A program made the translations under genes and the position numbers. Shown one piece after another: positions 7,909 through 17,681 of a stretch of 57,335 nucleotides of DNA; position 1 is the first letter of the stretch, and the number at the start of each line of letters is the position of its first letter. The stretch spans positions 1-57,335 of IMG/VR virus record IMGVR_UViG_3300037424_000877. The stretch is one strand, 5' to 3'. This DNA comes from a virus (lineage: Duplodnaviria > Caudoviricetes). Under the pieces are notes generated by a model. The model saw only the letters and a program-made list of their open reading frames with translations, had not been told where the DNA came from and did no database searches.

Positions 7909-8269
7909 CGTCCCGCCGTTGTCGTTGGGCGATCATTTCGCGTGCTTGTTGTCGTGGTATTTTGCGCCGCACTCGAGCGCGCGCTCTTGCCAAGATTGAC
8001 ATCGCATTTTCTGTCGTCCAAAGACTGTGGACGAAACGTTGTATCGATTTCGATCCTCGTTTCGAGTTACATCGCAAACAAGCCGTCAGTAGGTTCGAAG
8101 GAAGGTGCGAACCTCCGCGTGCGTGAGGGACAACGTGGTCGAGAGAGAGCAGACACTCGGCGTCGTCTTCGATTGATCTTTCGCAGTAGACACAAGAGAA
8201 ACCGTCTCGTATATAGATCGCCAACCTGGTTGTTGGCCGAATCCACTTGCTTCCGTTTGACCAGCTCAC
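7901..8269 (-). CDS. HNH endonuclease
   Basis: RDGFSCVYC...LDHVVP...GG...NLLTACLRCN. Confidence 0.9.
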   Translation of the reverse strand: MSWSNGSKWIRPTTRLAIYIRDGFSCVYCERSIEDDAECLLSLDHVVPHARGGSHLPSNLLTACLRCNSKRGSKSIQRFVHSLWTTENAMSILARARARVRRKIPRQQAREMIAQRQRRDDA

Positions 8270-8772
8270 CAAACCTCCACGAGTGCGCCACGTCCGACGG
8301 CGTAGGCGATCATCTGCGCGTCGCAATCGTCTTCGTCGGGAGACCAGTCGACTGTTTTATGGTAGGCCTTTGCGCGGTTCTGTGCAACAGTTTTGTCGAC
8401 GTTCGCCGGAAGATCGAACGCTTTTCGGTGCTCGGCGATGTCGATCCAACAGGCCTTTGCGCTGAACGTGCCGGCAGCCGCCCCGAGTAAGTACCCCGCG
8501 CGCATAGCACGGACCGTCACGCCTTTCTGGTGTGTGGTCAGCGGGCGTTCACATATGATCGTCTTCGGTGCGATGATCATATCCGGAGTGAGCAGTTGGA
8601 GGTCGCTCACCGGGGACATCCGGTAGCAGAACCCTGCCTTCTTCCCCGGATCAATGCAGAGGACAGGGTAGTCTTGGGCGGTCAGGACAGTCCGAGTCGA
8701 CGCCTTTTTCGTTGCGCGCCGCTGTCTACGATCGACGACTGATTGCGCTTTCTTCAGTTTATCAGATCCCAT
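8266..8772 (-). CDS. RuvC-like Holliday junction resolvase
   Basis: LCIDPG...ICERP...DDCDA acidic motifs. Confidence 0.65.
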   Translation of the reverse strand: MGSDKLKKAQSVVDRRQRRATKKASTRTVLTAQDYPVLCIDPGKKAGFCYRMSPVSDLQLLTPDMIIAPKTIICERPLTTHQKGVTVRAMRAGYLLGAAAGTFSAKACWIDIAEHRKAFDLPANVDKTVAQNRAKAYHKTVDWSPDEDDCDAQMIAYAVGRGALVEVW

Positions 8773-10652
8773 ATCCCGGTCTCCTTGCAGCGCACGCACG
8801 GCGTTTTACCGCCGTCAGGGCTTTTGATCACACCGTGTCCGTAACACACAGGACAGCAAACAGCAAGTCGGCCGTCCGCGTGGGTCTTGTGAATACACCT
8901 CTTGCTCCAGTGGGTCATAGCAGCGTATTCCGCGCGCATGACGACGTCCGGGAGCAGGTGATCCCTCTTTGGGACCTCGCACATTATTCGTTGCAGTTCG
9001 CGAGCCCCTTCGTCTAGTTTGTCCAACGGGATCTCGAGCATGAAGTCGTCGTGTGCGAAGTTGACCATGTGGGAACCCCACAGCGGGCTCTGCTGGTCGT
9101 AGGCGGCCCACATGACCTCCCACCCGACGTTGGCCTCCACGACGGCCCCGAGCGACTGGAACGGGTGGTTGTGGGCCGCACAGAACGTCGCCCCGGAGCG
9201 GACGATTGTCGTCCCCGGGATCTGGACATAGAACAACTCATTTTGATCGGTTGGGTGCTGTTCGATCCAGTTAAAGTAAGGCCAGGCCTCTTTTCGGGTC
9301 CGGAGCCAGATGTTCTTGAGGTCCTTCGACTCGTCGATTCCGATCAGTGTGCGATACTGCGTTTTTGCCGCGATGACTAGCCGCTCGGCGCCCATGCGCC
9401 CAGGCAGACCGTAGTTCGCGACCTTCCCGCACTGTCGGGCCTTGTACCCCTTGGCGCCGTCGTCTTTCATCTTGACAGCGTCTTCGTAGGAGCAATGCAG
9501 GATCTCAGCCGCGATCTCGCAATGGCAGTCGAACTTCTTGTTCAGCTTGTCTGCGAGATCCCGGATCCCTAGGTTCGTGACGCAGACCTGCGCCCAGGTG
9601 CAAAGCTCGAGACTCGCGTGGTCGCACGGGACGAGCGCATATCCGTCGCGCGCTCGGATACACTCTCGGATCCCCTCTTTCGACCTCAGGTTCTGCAAGT
9701 TGGGCCGGCTCGAGGTCGTGCGGAACGTGTCTGCGGTCCCGTATTTCGTGTGGATCGGATATTGCGTCCCTGCGCTGAGCAGCTTTACGTCGGCTTTCTT
9801 GACTTTGCTCCACTCTCCATACTCTGCGAAGAGCTCGAGGATCGGATCCCCCGACTCGGTCAGTGTGACGTGATCCGTTTTCGGCTGACCGGTGGGTGTC
9901 GTTGGCGGGTGGCCGCGGTAGGCCTCCGAGACCACGGCCTTGATTGCAGCCATGCACCGGGTGCCGTCTTTACGTACGAATCCAAGTTCCTGCACCTCAG
10001 CTGTCAGGAAAGACAGGTGCTCGTCGGCGGCTTGTTCCAGCTGCGACACCCTTTCCGGATCCGTCCGGAGTCCGTACTGTCTGGTGTTGTTCAGCCAGAG
10101 CTTCTCTCGGGCCAGCAAGGCCACGTCTTCGAGGTGGACGTTCGAGTTCCGCTCTAGTTGACGGTTCCAGGTGCGCAGGGTCTGGTCACCGTCCCCGAGC
10201 AGGTAGGCCATGTGCTTTTCGCTGTAGTCGGACAGCGGTCGGTTGTAGTACTGATCGAACGTTGTTCGAATCATCAAGTCCTTGTCCATTTTCGGAAAGC
10301 CGTAGCGCTGCGACACGCTGTCGAGTGACAGGTCGCCTCTAGGCTTCCCCTGGATCTCCGCGATGCGCTCAAAGGCCCACCCGCACAGAACGCGAGTCTC
10401 CTCATAGGCTCTCTTGATCAACGGCCGCAGTTCCGGGTACCAGACGATCGCGCACATCATGTCGTAGTCGATCGTCCAGCCGACGATCGTTCGGTTCGAT
10501 AGCAGTTCTCGCGTCCGTTCGAAGACCTCAGAGGTCGGGAACGCGATCGGACTTCCCGGAACCTCGCAAAGCACTCCGCACACGATCGGCGGGCACATCA
10601 GCCCCGGCTGGAACCTGAAAGTTTCGTAGTCGAGCGAGACGAAGTCGGTCAT
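8754..10652 (-). CDS. polA: family A DNA polymerase with 3'-5' exonuclease domain
   Basis: LDYET exonuclease motif; RTTSSRPNLQN; CDHASLE (A); RQCGKVANYG (B); AHDD (C). Confidence 0.92.
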   Translation of the reverse strand: MTDFVSLDYETFRFQPGLMCPPIVCGVLCEVPGSPIAFPTSEVFERTRELLSNRTIVGWTIDYDMMCAIVWYPELRPLIKRAYEETRVLCGWAFERIAEIQGKPRGDLSLDSVSQRYGFPKMDKDLMIRTTFDQYYNRPLSDYSEKHMAYLLGDGDQTLRTWNRQLERNSNVHLEDVALLAREKLWLNNTRQYGLRTDPERVSQLEQAADEHLSFLTAEVQELGFVRKDGTRCMAAIKAVVSEAYRGHPPTTPTGQPKTDHVTLTESGDPILELFAEYGEWSKVKKADVKLLSAGTQYPIHTKYGTADTFRTTSSRPNLQNLRSKEGIRECIRARDGYALVPCDHASLELCTWAQVCVTNLGIRDLADKLNKKFDCHCEIAAEILHCSYEDAVKMKDDGAKGYKARQCGKVANYGLPGRMGAERLVIAAKTQYRTLIGIDESKDLKNIWLRTRKEAWPYFNWIEQHPTDQNELFYVQIPGTTIVRSGATFCAAHNHPFQSLGAVVEANVGWEVMWAAYDQQSPLWGSHMVNFAHDDFMLEIPLDKLDEGARELQRIMCEVPKRDHLLPDVVMRAEYAAMTHWSKRCIHKTHADGRLAVCCPVCYGHGVIKSPDGGKTPCVRCKETGIWDLIN

Positions 10653-10897
10653 CGATACCTAAGAGCCATTCCAACACAGATCAGGTTCACGACGATGCAC
10701 CCGAACGCGGCGAACCAACTGAGAGACTGCCCAAGGTGGCTGTACCGGTGGATGTTCCAGAAGCCCCACAGTGTGTACCAAGCCGTCGGGAGGATCGACA
10801 CCCCGAGCAGTCGCTTGTCCTTGTACAGGCGCACGACGTTCAGCCAGAGTAGACAGGCACCACCGGCTTCGAACACGCTGTTGATCAGATCGTTCAT
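10649..10897 (-). CDS. PQ-loop/SemiSWEET-like 3-TM membrane protein
   Basis: RLYKDK..GVS pattern and three hydrophobic segments. Confidence 0.55.
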   Translation of the reverse strand: MNDLINSVFEAGGACLLWLNVVRLYKDKRLLGVSILPTAWYTLWGFWNIHRYSHLGQSLSWFAAFGCIVVNLICVGMALRYR

Positions 10898-10909
10898 AGG
10901 CACACACAG

Positions 10910-10983
10910 AGCCGGTCGCAGGATTCGAACCCGCATCGCCTCGATTACAAATCGTGGGCTCTTCCTTGTTGAGCTAGGCCGGC
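10910..10983 (-). tRNA. tRNA-Thr (anticodon TGT)
   Basis: GCCGGCC-TA-GCTC...GAGC, loop TT-TGT-AA, T-arm GCGGG-TTCGAAT-CCTGC; two stem mismatches; no encoded CCA. Confidence 0.88.
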
Positions 10984-10984
10984 T

Positions 10985-11006
10985 AAAAGCCCGGGCTGTC
11001 CCGGGC
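10985..11006 (-). terminator. hairpin plus U-tract immediately upstream of the tRNA
   Basis: GCCCGGG-ACAG-CCCGGGC-TTTT. Confidence 0.55.
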
Positions 11007-11013
11007 GAGTAAG

Positions 11014-11499
11014 TTAAGCAGCAGTGGTGAAAGCCGTCGCAGTGACGTCGCTCTTACCGTCCCGTGTCCGGTTGCGGTTGTTCATGCGAACTTGCCGAAC
11101 CGCTGCGGCAATCTTGTCGGTCTCTTCTTGAGTCTTCGCATTGTGGAACAAGGTCGCTAGATCGACGACTTGCTGATCGGAATCGAAGGTCTTGTCCTTG
11201 ACGTCTTCATTGCAAATCCCGCAGATGAACGCTCGGAGCTTCTGATCTTCGATCGACTGCTTGTCGCCCGTGCCGCCGACACCGAAGAGCAGGTTGTATG
11301 TCGATCCGACTTTCACATCGTCTCGGCTACTCTCTAGAACTTCGCAGTCAGCCACGTACTTCGTTCCGCCTTTGTATCCCTTGTGGAATCCGAACTTCTT
11401 CAGCCTCAAGAGGTAGCCACCGTCTCCGAAAGGGATCAGATTGAAGTTGCTGCCGTTGAGTGCCTGTTCCGACATCGTGTTTGGTTTTGGAAAGTTCAT
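11014..11499 (-). CDS. putative ssDNA-binding (OB-fold, DUF669-like) protein
   Basis: beta-rich G.Y.L...KY.ADCEVLES pattern; position in replication module. Confidence 0.4.
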   Translation of the reverse strand: MNFPKPNTMSEQALNGSNFNLIPFGDGGYLLRLKKFGFHKGYKGGTKYVADCEVLESSRDDVKVGSTYNLLFGVGGTGDKQSIEDQKLRAFICGICNEDVKDKTFDSDQQVVDLATLFHNAKTQEETDKIAAAVRQVRMNNRNRTRDGKSDVTATAFTTAA

Positions 11500-11534
11500 T
11501 TCGTTACTCGTTTCTGTTGTTGATTGTTGATAAG

Positions 11535-12050
11535 TTAAGGACAAAGCAAGGCTCGAACTTTTCTCGCCTTTTCTAAGGAATCTCGAACATCATCGATTGC
11601 TCTGTGAGCCGGCGCTCCCCCAGTGCGTAGTTCCACACCAATACGATCACACAGCTCCATGAATGAGCTCACGTCTATGTTCCTGTAATGAAACAGCTTT
11701 GACAAAGTCGGCATGTGATGGTTCAACCAGCCTCGATCGAAACCCACACTCGAACCTGCCAAAGGGACTTTTGCGCAATCGTTATTGGCTACGAAGTCGA
11801 TCAGAACCGATTCACACTCTTTCAACCCAATGCCGGTCGCTAGTTTGTCGATCAGCCCGCTTTTCGTGTGCATATCATTGATGAACTCCGAAAACACAGT
11901 ACCTGACGTCGGTTTAATCACGAATGAGCAATATGCTATTTCGTCGAGTCGATAGTCGGTCGCCAAAAGCGCTACCTCCAGAAGCTGCCCTTCGTAAGGG
12001 ATCAGACCCGTTGTTTCTACGTCTACCCACAATATGTTTTGGTTGTTCAT
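11535..12050 (-). CDS. orn: oligoribonuclease (DEDDh exonuclease)
   Basis: WVDVETTGL, MHTKSGL, PLAGSSVGFDR, FHYRNIDVSS, HRAIDD. Confidence 0.9.
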   Translation of the reverse strand: MNNQNILWVDVETTGLIPYEGQLLEVALLATDYRLDEIAYCSFVIKPTSGTVFSEFINDMHTKSGLIDKLATGIGLKECESVLIDFVANNDCAKVPLAGSSVGFDRGWLNHHMPTLSKLFHYRNIDVSSFMELCDRIGVELRTGGAPAHRAIDDVRDSLEKARKVRALLCP

Positions 12051-12083
12051 GAGTGTTGCACCATTTCAAATCACCCCGGGGGC

Positions 12084-13772
12084 CTACCCGTCTTTTTTCA
12101 CGCGATCGACGTCTCCCCACGCCGGGCCTTTGCCCCTCTTCTCCGGAGACGTCACGTCACCATAACACAGTTTCTGTGGCAAGCCAGTCGTTTGTTGCAC
12201 GTAGTCCGCCTCAGCACTGGCTTGTCGGAAAGCGTTCAGGTGCTCCAAGCACTGAACTAGGTACTGGACCTCGACCGGTCGAATCTGTCCCGTCCTGTGG
12301 GTCCGGCCGCAAAGCTGCTCCCAGATCTTGCACTTGTTCGGAGGGGTGATGATCAGGTTCCTGTGCCAGAGGTATTGGAGGTTCAGCCCGATCCCGCAGG
12401 CCTTGATCGAGGCAATGACCGTCGATGCTTTGGTGTCTGTGATGTGCTGCCCGGACGGGTCACACCCTCCGTCGCTAAAGTAAGGCCAGCTTGTCTTCTT
12501 TGAGAGCTGTTTCCCAAAGTCGATGTTGTGGACCCAGACGATCCCCGGTCCCTTCCAGGCGGCCACTGCATTCACCGTGTCGTCGCTAAGCCAGTGTGCG
12601 ACACGGTTCGGGGTGAACTCCGGCTCTTTCAACAACCAGTCGTCCCAAGCCTCTGCGTGCAAGGCTCCGGACGCGAAGAAGTCTTTGACCTGTCCCTCGG
12701 AGTCAAACTCCTCGCTCTCTTCGAGGATGGCTCGCACGACCGAGCACCACGCTTTGCGGCTGGCCAACCAGTCTTTCGGCGGCCAAGGGTCGTGCTTCTT
12801 GTAGAAGCCTTGCGCGTACTGGTTCGCCACGGCGAAGATCTGGAACTTGGCGTCACCGAGCGGCCAGTCGTCGGCCGCGAGCCACAGTGTCCGAAGCTTT
12901 TCGAAAGCCTCGTCGGCCTCCTTGGGCGGATCCAAATACCACGGGCTGATAGTGATCGGTGGGAGGTTCGGTTTCTCCGACGAGATAACGACACCCGGCG
13001 TGCTGACCAGGCGTTTCCGAAATTGCTCGCGGGCCTGGTCTTTGGTCCTGCACTTGCCGAGGTCCGAGGTCAGGTGCCGTAGATCGCCGGCGGTGCGCAC
13101 ATCCATCGCCTCTGCCCAGATCTCGATCTCGCTGGTCTCGAGCGGTACCGGGGCTCCGAAGCCGAGCGACCAAACCAGCATGTGAGAGTATTCGTGCAGG
13201 CTCTGATCCGTAGGGCTGCCGGAAAGAGTCAAGACCTTACAGTGCGGGTGCGCTTTGAGATACTTGCGAACACGCTTCGCCCGCGAGGCCTTGTGGATGT
13301 TCTTCACAAGGTGACACTCGTCGAGGATCAGCAAGTCAGGCTGCATTTCTTCGAGGTCGTTCGCGTGGTCGCGATGACTCAGCAGTTCATACCCGATGAG
13401 CGGGAAGTTCTCGGGTATGTCTTTGAAGTGCTTTCGGAGTTTCGTAAGCTCCCTCTCCATGTCGTGGATGACGCTTGAAGGCATCAACCAGATCGGACGC
13501 TTCGCTTCGAGCACGACTGGTGCAAGCGCTGCTACCCACGACTTGCCGTGCCCGACGTTGGCCGCGCAAAACGAGCCCCCGATCGACATCAGCTCGTAAA
13601 GAACGACGCCTTGGATTGCGTTCAGGCGCTCTGTCCCGTTCGAAGTCTTAAGGACGGCCGTCATGGCGCTCGCGCACCAGTCGGCCTTGTCCTTCCAGTC
13701 CCGCGCAGGGAGAGCGGCGATACGGCTCAATGTTTCCTTGTGCAGTTCGTCATCCGTCCTCCAACCACTCAC
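12084..13772 (-). CDS. superfamily 2 (SNF2/DEAH-like) helicase
   Basis: VGHGKS, LDECH, LSGSP, GIGLNLQ, QLCGRTHRTGQ. Confidence 0.9.
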   Translation of the reverse strand: MSGWRTDDELHKETLSRIAALPARDWKDKADWCASAMTAVLKTSNGTERLNAIQGVVLYELMSIGGSFCAANVGHGKSWVAALAPVVLEAKRPIWLMPSSVIHDMERELTKLRKHFKDIPENFPLIGYELLSHRDHANDLEEMQPDLLILDECHLVKNIHKASRAKRVRKYLKAHPHCKVLTLSGSPTDQSLHEYSHMLVWSLGFGAPVPLETSEIEIWAEAMDVRTAGDLRHLTSDLGKCRTKDQAREQFRKRLVSTPGVVISSEKPNLPPITISPWYLDPPKEADEAFEKLRTLWLAADDWPLGDAKFQIFAVANQYAQGFYKKHDPWPPKDWLASRKAWCSVVRAILEESEEFDSEGQVKDFFASGALHAEAWDDWLLKEPEFTPNRVAHWLSDDTVNAVAAWKGPGIVWVHNIDFGKQLSKKTSWPYFSDGGCDPSGQHITDTKASTVIASIKACGIGLNLQYLWHRNLIITPPNKCKIWEQLCGRTHRTGQIRPVEVQYLVQCLEHLNAFRQASAEADYVQQTTGLPQKLCYGDVTSPEKRGKGPAWGDVDRVKKDG

Positions 13773-13932
13773 ACTCTTTGCGCAGCGCCTTCTTGGACTG
13801 CTCGTTCTTCAGCGAGATCACACCGCAGTTCCGACAATACACCCACGAGTGTCGTTTCATCTTGGACATTGCGTGCGCACCCTTCTTCTTCAGGACGCGC
13901 ACGCTGTCGTCCCAGCGCTGCCAGGTGATCAT
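13750..13932 (-). CDS. small hypothetical protein with CxxC
   Basis: HSWVYCRNCG; ATGA overlap. Confidence 0.55.
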   Translation of the reverse strand: MITWQRWDDSVRVLKKKGAHAMSKMKRHSWVYCRNCGVISLKNEQSKKALRKECEWLEDG

Positions 13933-15116
13933 CGACCCAGTGTCAGCGTCGCAGTGAGTCCGGTTTGCGTTTCGATTGCCTCGATCAGTACAGACAACGG
14001 GAGCTTGGACACTTCGTCTACACCGAACGTCGTTCGTTCCACGATCGGTGCTGCGTTCGGTGCGACCGTCTCAGTGACCTGCGTCCGCTGGCGACCAACC
14101 GTGCGTCGTGTTTTCTCTGCGACAGGCGCTGGCGTCGGCGGAGGCGCGGGATTGTCCAGGGCCTGTTTCGATTCCGGGGGTAGGACTTGCCCGTGCTCGG
14201 CTTCGAGCTTGGCGATCTGGTCTTTGATAGACAGGCCGCTCTTCTCAACTGCCTTCCTCTCTCCATTCGCCTTCTCGTGGGCCTGGATCGACTCCTCGAG
14301 CGGTCGGACGAGCGATTGGTTTCCGTTGGACTTGTTCAGCAGTGATGCGATTGACGGCATTAGGTCTTCCTCCTTAGGCTTCTGATACATCTTGCAGTGC
14401 TGAAAGAAGTCACACAGTTGACCCTTCCCTCCGCAAGCTTTCGGTTCGTTCTTGACTACATTACACAGGGAGATCTTTTCGTCAAGCGTCTGCGGGTTGA
14501 TTTCGTCCCACAGCCGTTTCAATTCGGACAGGTGTTCCGCAACCGGAACTATTTCCGTCTCCATTGTACGTTGTACTTCTTCACGACTCAGGACAACCTC
14601 GACTGCGAACGGGTCCCCGCCCTTCTTCAGGTAGTAGATCCACCTAGCTCTGCACTGCACTGCTTCCGGGTGTTTCTCGAGCCACAACCACGAGTTGATG
14701 ACGACCTGCGGATCGGTCCGCATCCCCTCTTCGTCGAGGTTGTACTTCTCGTAAGTGGCCTGGTCCTTGCAGGTCTTGTGATCGTTCGGCCCGTGCTCGT
14801 CTTCGAAGTCCACCCGCGCGAAAAACTGAATCCCCTCAGACCAGTCGTGACTAACCCAGGATTCGACCTGTGTGATCGGCGGCTCCGGCAGCAGCCCCAT
14901 TGAGATCGCCTTCTGGACCAATCTTCCCATCTTGTCGTTCGGCGGGTATGTCCCGTCCTTCAGGTAGTTCTCTCCGTGCTTGTGCAGAAGCTCGCCGTCT
15001 TCACGGGCCTTCCGCATCCAGTCCGGGACTTCGACCTCGAGTCGAGCGAAGTACTTGAAGGCCTGCTTGCGCTGGCACTTCTTCCCGAGGTCAATCTGAC
15101 TCGGCGAGAACCTCAC
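13929..15116 (-). CDS. PD-(D/E)xK (RecB/Cas4-like) exonuclease
   Basis: SPSQI...CQR, H, VE, RVD, DHKT, C-terminal Cys cluster. Confidence 0.85.
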   Translation of the reverse strand: MRFSPSQIDLGKKCQRKQAFKYFARLEVEVPDWMRKAREDGELLHKHGENYLKDGTYPPNDKMGRLVQKAISMGLLPEPPITQVESWVSHDWSEGIQFFARVDFEDEHGPNDHKTCKDQATYEKYNLDEEGMRTDPQVVINSWLWLEKHPEAVQCRARWIYYLKKGGDPFAVEVVLSREEVQRTMETEIVPVAEHLSELKRLWDEINPQTLDEKISLCNVVKNEPKACGGKGQLCDFFQHCKMYQKPKEEDLMPSIASLLNKSNGNQSLVRPLEESIQAHEKANGERKAVEKSGLSIKDQIAKLEAEHGQVLPPESKQALDNPAPPPTPAPVAEKTRRTVGRQRTQVTETVAPNAAPIVERTTFGVDEVSKLPLSVLIEAIETQTGLTATLTLGR

Positions 15117-15271
15117 CTACGCACCGATTGTGCGATGTCGCATAGCCATGACGCGCAAGAGCCGACGTAAAGGAACATCGCGTGTTGCACGTCCCCGAGC
15201 AGGAACGCGACAGTGCCGGCCACGAACGTCGCCACAGCCCCGAACCGATTAGCTTCGATTACTGTATTCAT
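15113..15271 (-). CDS. 52-aa membrane protein (below ORF-track cutoff)
   Basis: MNTVIEANRFGAVATFVAGTVAFLLG...; ATGA and GTGA overlaps. Confidence 0.55.
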   Translation of the reverse strand: MNTVIEANRFGAVATFVAGTVAFLLGDVQHAMFLYVGSCASWLCDIAQSVRR

Positions 15272-16473
15272 CCACACTGTACACCTCCGTATAACGCTGT
15301 CGTGATGACCAAAGCCAAGCGGTCCCCGCAGTTGATGAGTCTAGTACTAACATCCGGTGCGGCAAGAGGCAAGGGCAATCGCCACGTCACCCCGCCGTCG
15401 CTCGACGCAGTGTAGAACACCGGGGAGGTGATAGCAGTGGTCCCGGTCGTCAGGGCTAGAAGAAGGCCCTTGAAGTAGACGAGGTGCTGCTCGCCGTTGC
15501 CGTCAAACGACACAGGACCTACCGTCAAGCTCGAAAAGATTGTCGCCGCAGCTGTCGTCCAGGTCTGTCCGGTTGGCGAGGTGTAGACACTGAGCGTAGT
15601 CTCGGAACCGGCTGTCGGGTGTGTCGCCAAGATCACGAACTGCTCGTGGATCTCGTCCCACACAACACCAACCGGACGCGCGTTGCTTGCCGAGTGTGTG
15701 ACCGTGGACGAGCTCCAGTTAACACCGCCGTCGGTCGACCGGAACACAACCAGCGCAGGTGTCGTGCGGTCGCAGGTCGCCAGCAGCAAGACCCCTGGAC
15801 TAGCCGCAAGGTGCCTGTCCCGGTGACAGGACAACGTACTGCGGAGTGACCAGGTGTCAGCGTTCCCGGTCGCGCGTCGGTAAACGTCTAGGTTCGTCGC
15901 GCTGCTAGACTCTGTGTTGCCGCCGACGGCCAAGTACAGGAACCCATCGTGCGGATTGTGAATGAAATCCTTCACGCGATCGGTCGTGACCGCACTCACA
16001 ACCTGTGCCGTGCTCCAGGTGAGGCCGCTGTCGTCTGTGTACTGGCTGCGTAAGTCAGGCCCGGCTGCGGCTCCGAGCGCGAAGACCCTTTTGATCGACT
16101 GCACGAACACAGAGCGAACAGCGCCGACCGAGAACGACGTCGCTGTCCTTGACTGCTGGCCTTGCGCCCCGATTAACCAAGACGCTGTGCCAGTCGAGTT
16201 TAGCAACAGAATCCCCCCGTCTCCTGTCCCTGACACAGCGTCGGCGTGCGCGATCGTGAACCCGCTCTGTGGTCCGAACTGTTGCGCCTGCCTGACTACT
16301 TTCCTGATCGTCATCTCTTCGAGACGTTCGAAGGCGTAGTTCGCATGCTGCGCAAAGATCTGAGCGGCGAAGCCGTCGGTCGAATAAGGCGCAGGCGGAG
16401 CAATCTTGGTCGGTGTCCCGATGCTTGGCCCCGCGTCGTAGTTAGTCAGTGTTGCGAATTGTCGTGCGATCAC
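15268..16473 (-). CDS. BNR/Asp-box beta-propeller virion protein
   Basis: TDDSGLTW, STDGGVNW, SSDGGVTW. Confidence 0.75.
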   Translation of the reverse strand: MIARQFATLTNYDAGPSIGTPTKIAPPAPYSTDGFAAQIFAQHANYAFERLEEMTIRKVVRQAQQFGPQSGFTIAHADAVSGTGDGGILLLNSTGTASWLIGAQGQQSRTATSFSVGAVRSVFVQSIKRVFALGAAAGPDLRSQYTDDSGLTWSTAQVVSAVTTDRVKDFIHNPHDGFLYLAVGGNTESSSATNLDVYRRATGNADTWSLRSTLSCHRDRHLAASPGVLLLATCDRTTPALVVFRSTDGGVNWSSSTVTHSASNARPVGVVWDEIHEQFVILATHPTAGSETTLSVYTSPTGQTWTTAAATIFSSLTVGPVSFDGNGEQHLVYFKGLLLALTTGTTAITSPVFYTASSDGGVTWRLPLPLAAPDVSTRLINCGDRLALVITTALYGGVQCG

Positions 16474-17681
16474 AGGCTCGTCCTTATGATGAAGTCTACG
16501 TCTGGGCCTGAGTGCTCTGTCAGAAACAGACCCCCGTGCGCTGATGAAAGCGTACCGCCCACCCCGGACGCGCCAAGCTTGATCTCTCTCCAGTTGTCCC
16601 CGCCATCGGCCGATACAACCAGCGTCCTTTCGTCCGGACTGTAGGCCACGAGCATCGAACCGACCGAGGCCAGATTATGTATCCTTGCTGAGTCGTCTGA
16701 GGTCGTCAGTGTGTGCTTCAGCTCCCATTTAATCCCGTCCCGCGAGATGTGTAGCCGTCGGTTCGTACCGTCCTGGGTCATGAGACACCAGCTGCCCCAG
16801 ACGCGATTCGCTACGAGCCCGCGGACATCGACCGCGACTCCAGACCCTGCGAACGTGTAGGGGTAGACCAGCAGCCCGGCGTTAGGCGTGTCCGATGTCG
16901 GTACCGCGGTCCGGGACAGGGCAAGGCGCGGCGAGCGCACCACGTGCACTGTGTCAACAGCGACACCGTCGGCTGCTCCGACCATCGCCCCGCCGAAGCA
17001 ATCGAAATGGTAGACCGATCCGAACGCGCTCCCGAGCACGGTGGGTAGTGCAGTCAGCGCAACCCACGACCCGTCGAGTCCGGTGTGCGACACGGCGAAC
17101 CTGCCGTCGTCCATAGACACCCAGAACACACCGTCGATCACGATCGTCGGCGTCGAGGCAGTGTTGTACTTGTCGAACCGGGCTCGCAGCACATTGCGCG
17201 CAGCGGCGGACAAGATCAGATCATACCCGGCCCAGGTCACACCGCAATCCTCAGAGAGCGCAAGGTCGTTGTTGGTTGATCCTCCCGCACTCCACGCGAG
17301 GATCGTCCCGCGGGAGACCAGCGACGTTGAGTCCGGAGTATCCGCGGAGCATGCGCCCAAGCCGTTAACCCCAGTAAACGCCGTGGTCCGTGCGACAGCC
17401 CCCGTCGGGAAGTACTCTGCGGTCGTCATGTCAGCACCCAGAGTGCACGACAAGACCCGCCCGTCAGGGCCTTCAACTTTGAAGTCGTGAGTACCTGTGA
17501 TGATCTCGAACTGCCCTAGCGCCCAACCGCCGTCCCGGTGCGTTTCGAAAGCATCGACGAACAGGCGGTCGATGTCGTTAGCGGTCACAGCTGTTCCATT
17601 TATGAACCCGTTCCGCAGGTCGAGGGACACCAGAGAGAGATCCAGATCTCTTCCGTAGTTGAGAATATTTCTAGACGTCAT
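16470..17681 (-). CDS. BNR/Asp-box beta-propeller virion protein
   Basis: SEDCGVTW, SRDGIKW, SADGGDNW. Confidence 0.75.
   Translation of the reverse strand: MTSRNILNYGRDLDLSLVSLDLRNGFINGTAVTANDIDRLFVDAFETHRDGGWALGQFEIITGTHDFKVEGPDGRVLSCTLGADMTTAEYFPTGAVARTTAFTGVNGLGACSADTPDSTSLVSRGTILAWSAGGSTNNDLALSEDCGVTWAGYDLILSAAARNVLRARFDKYNTASTPTIVIDGVFWVSMDDGRFAVSHTGLDGSWVALTALPTVLGSAFGSVYHFDCFGGAMVGAADGVAVDTVHVVRSPRLALSRTAVPTSDTPNAGLLVYPYTFAGSGVAVDVRGLVANRVWGSWCLMTQDGTNRRLHISRDGIKWELKHTLTTSDDSARIHNLASVGSMLVAYSPDERTLVVSADGGDNWREIKLGASGVGGTLSSAHGGLFLTEHSGPDVDFIIRTSL

Noticed and set aside
13929-15116. Cas4 as part of a CRISPR adaptation module
   Set aside because: Sits in an ordinary replication context; no Cas1/Cas2 or array.
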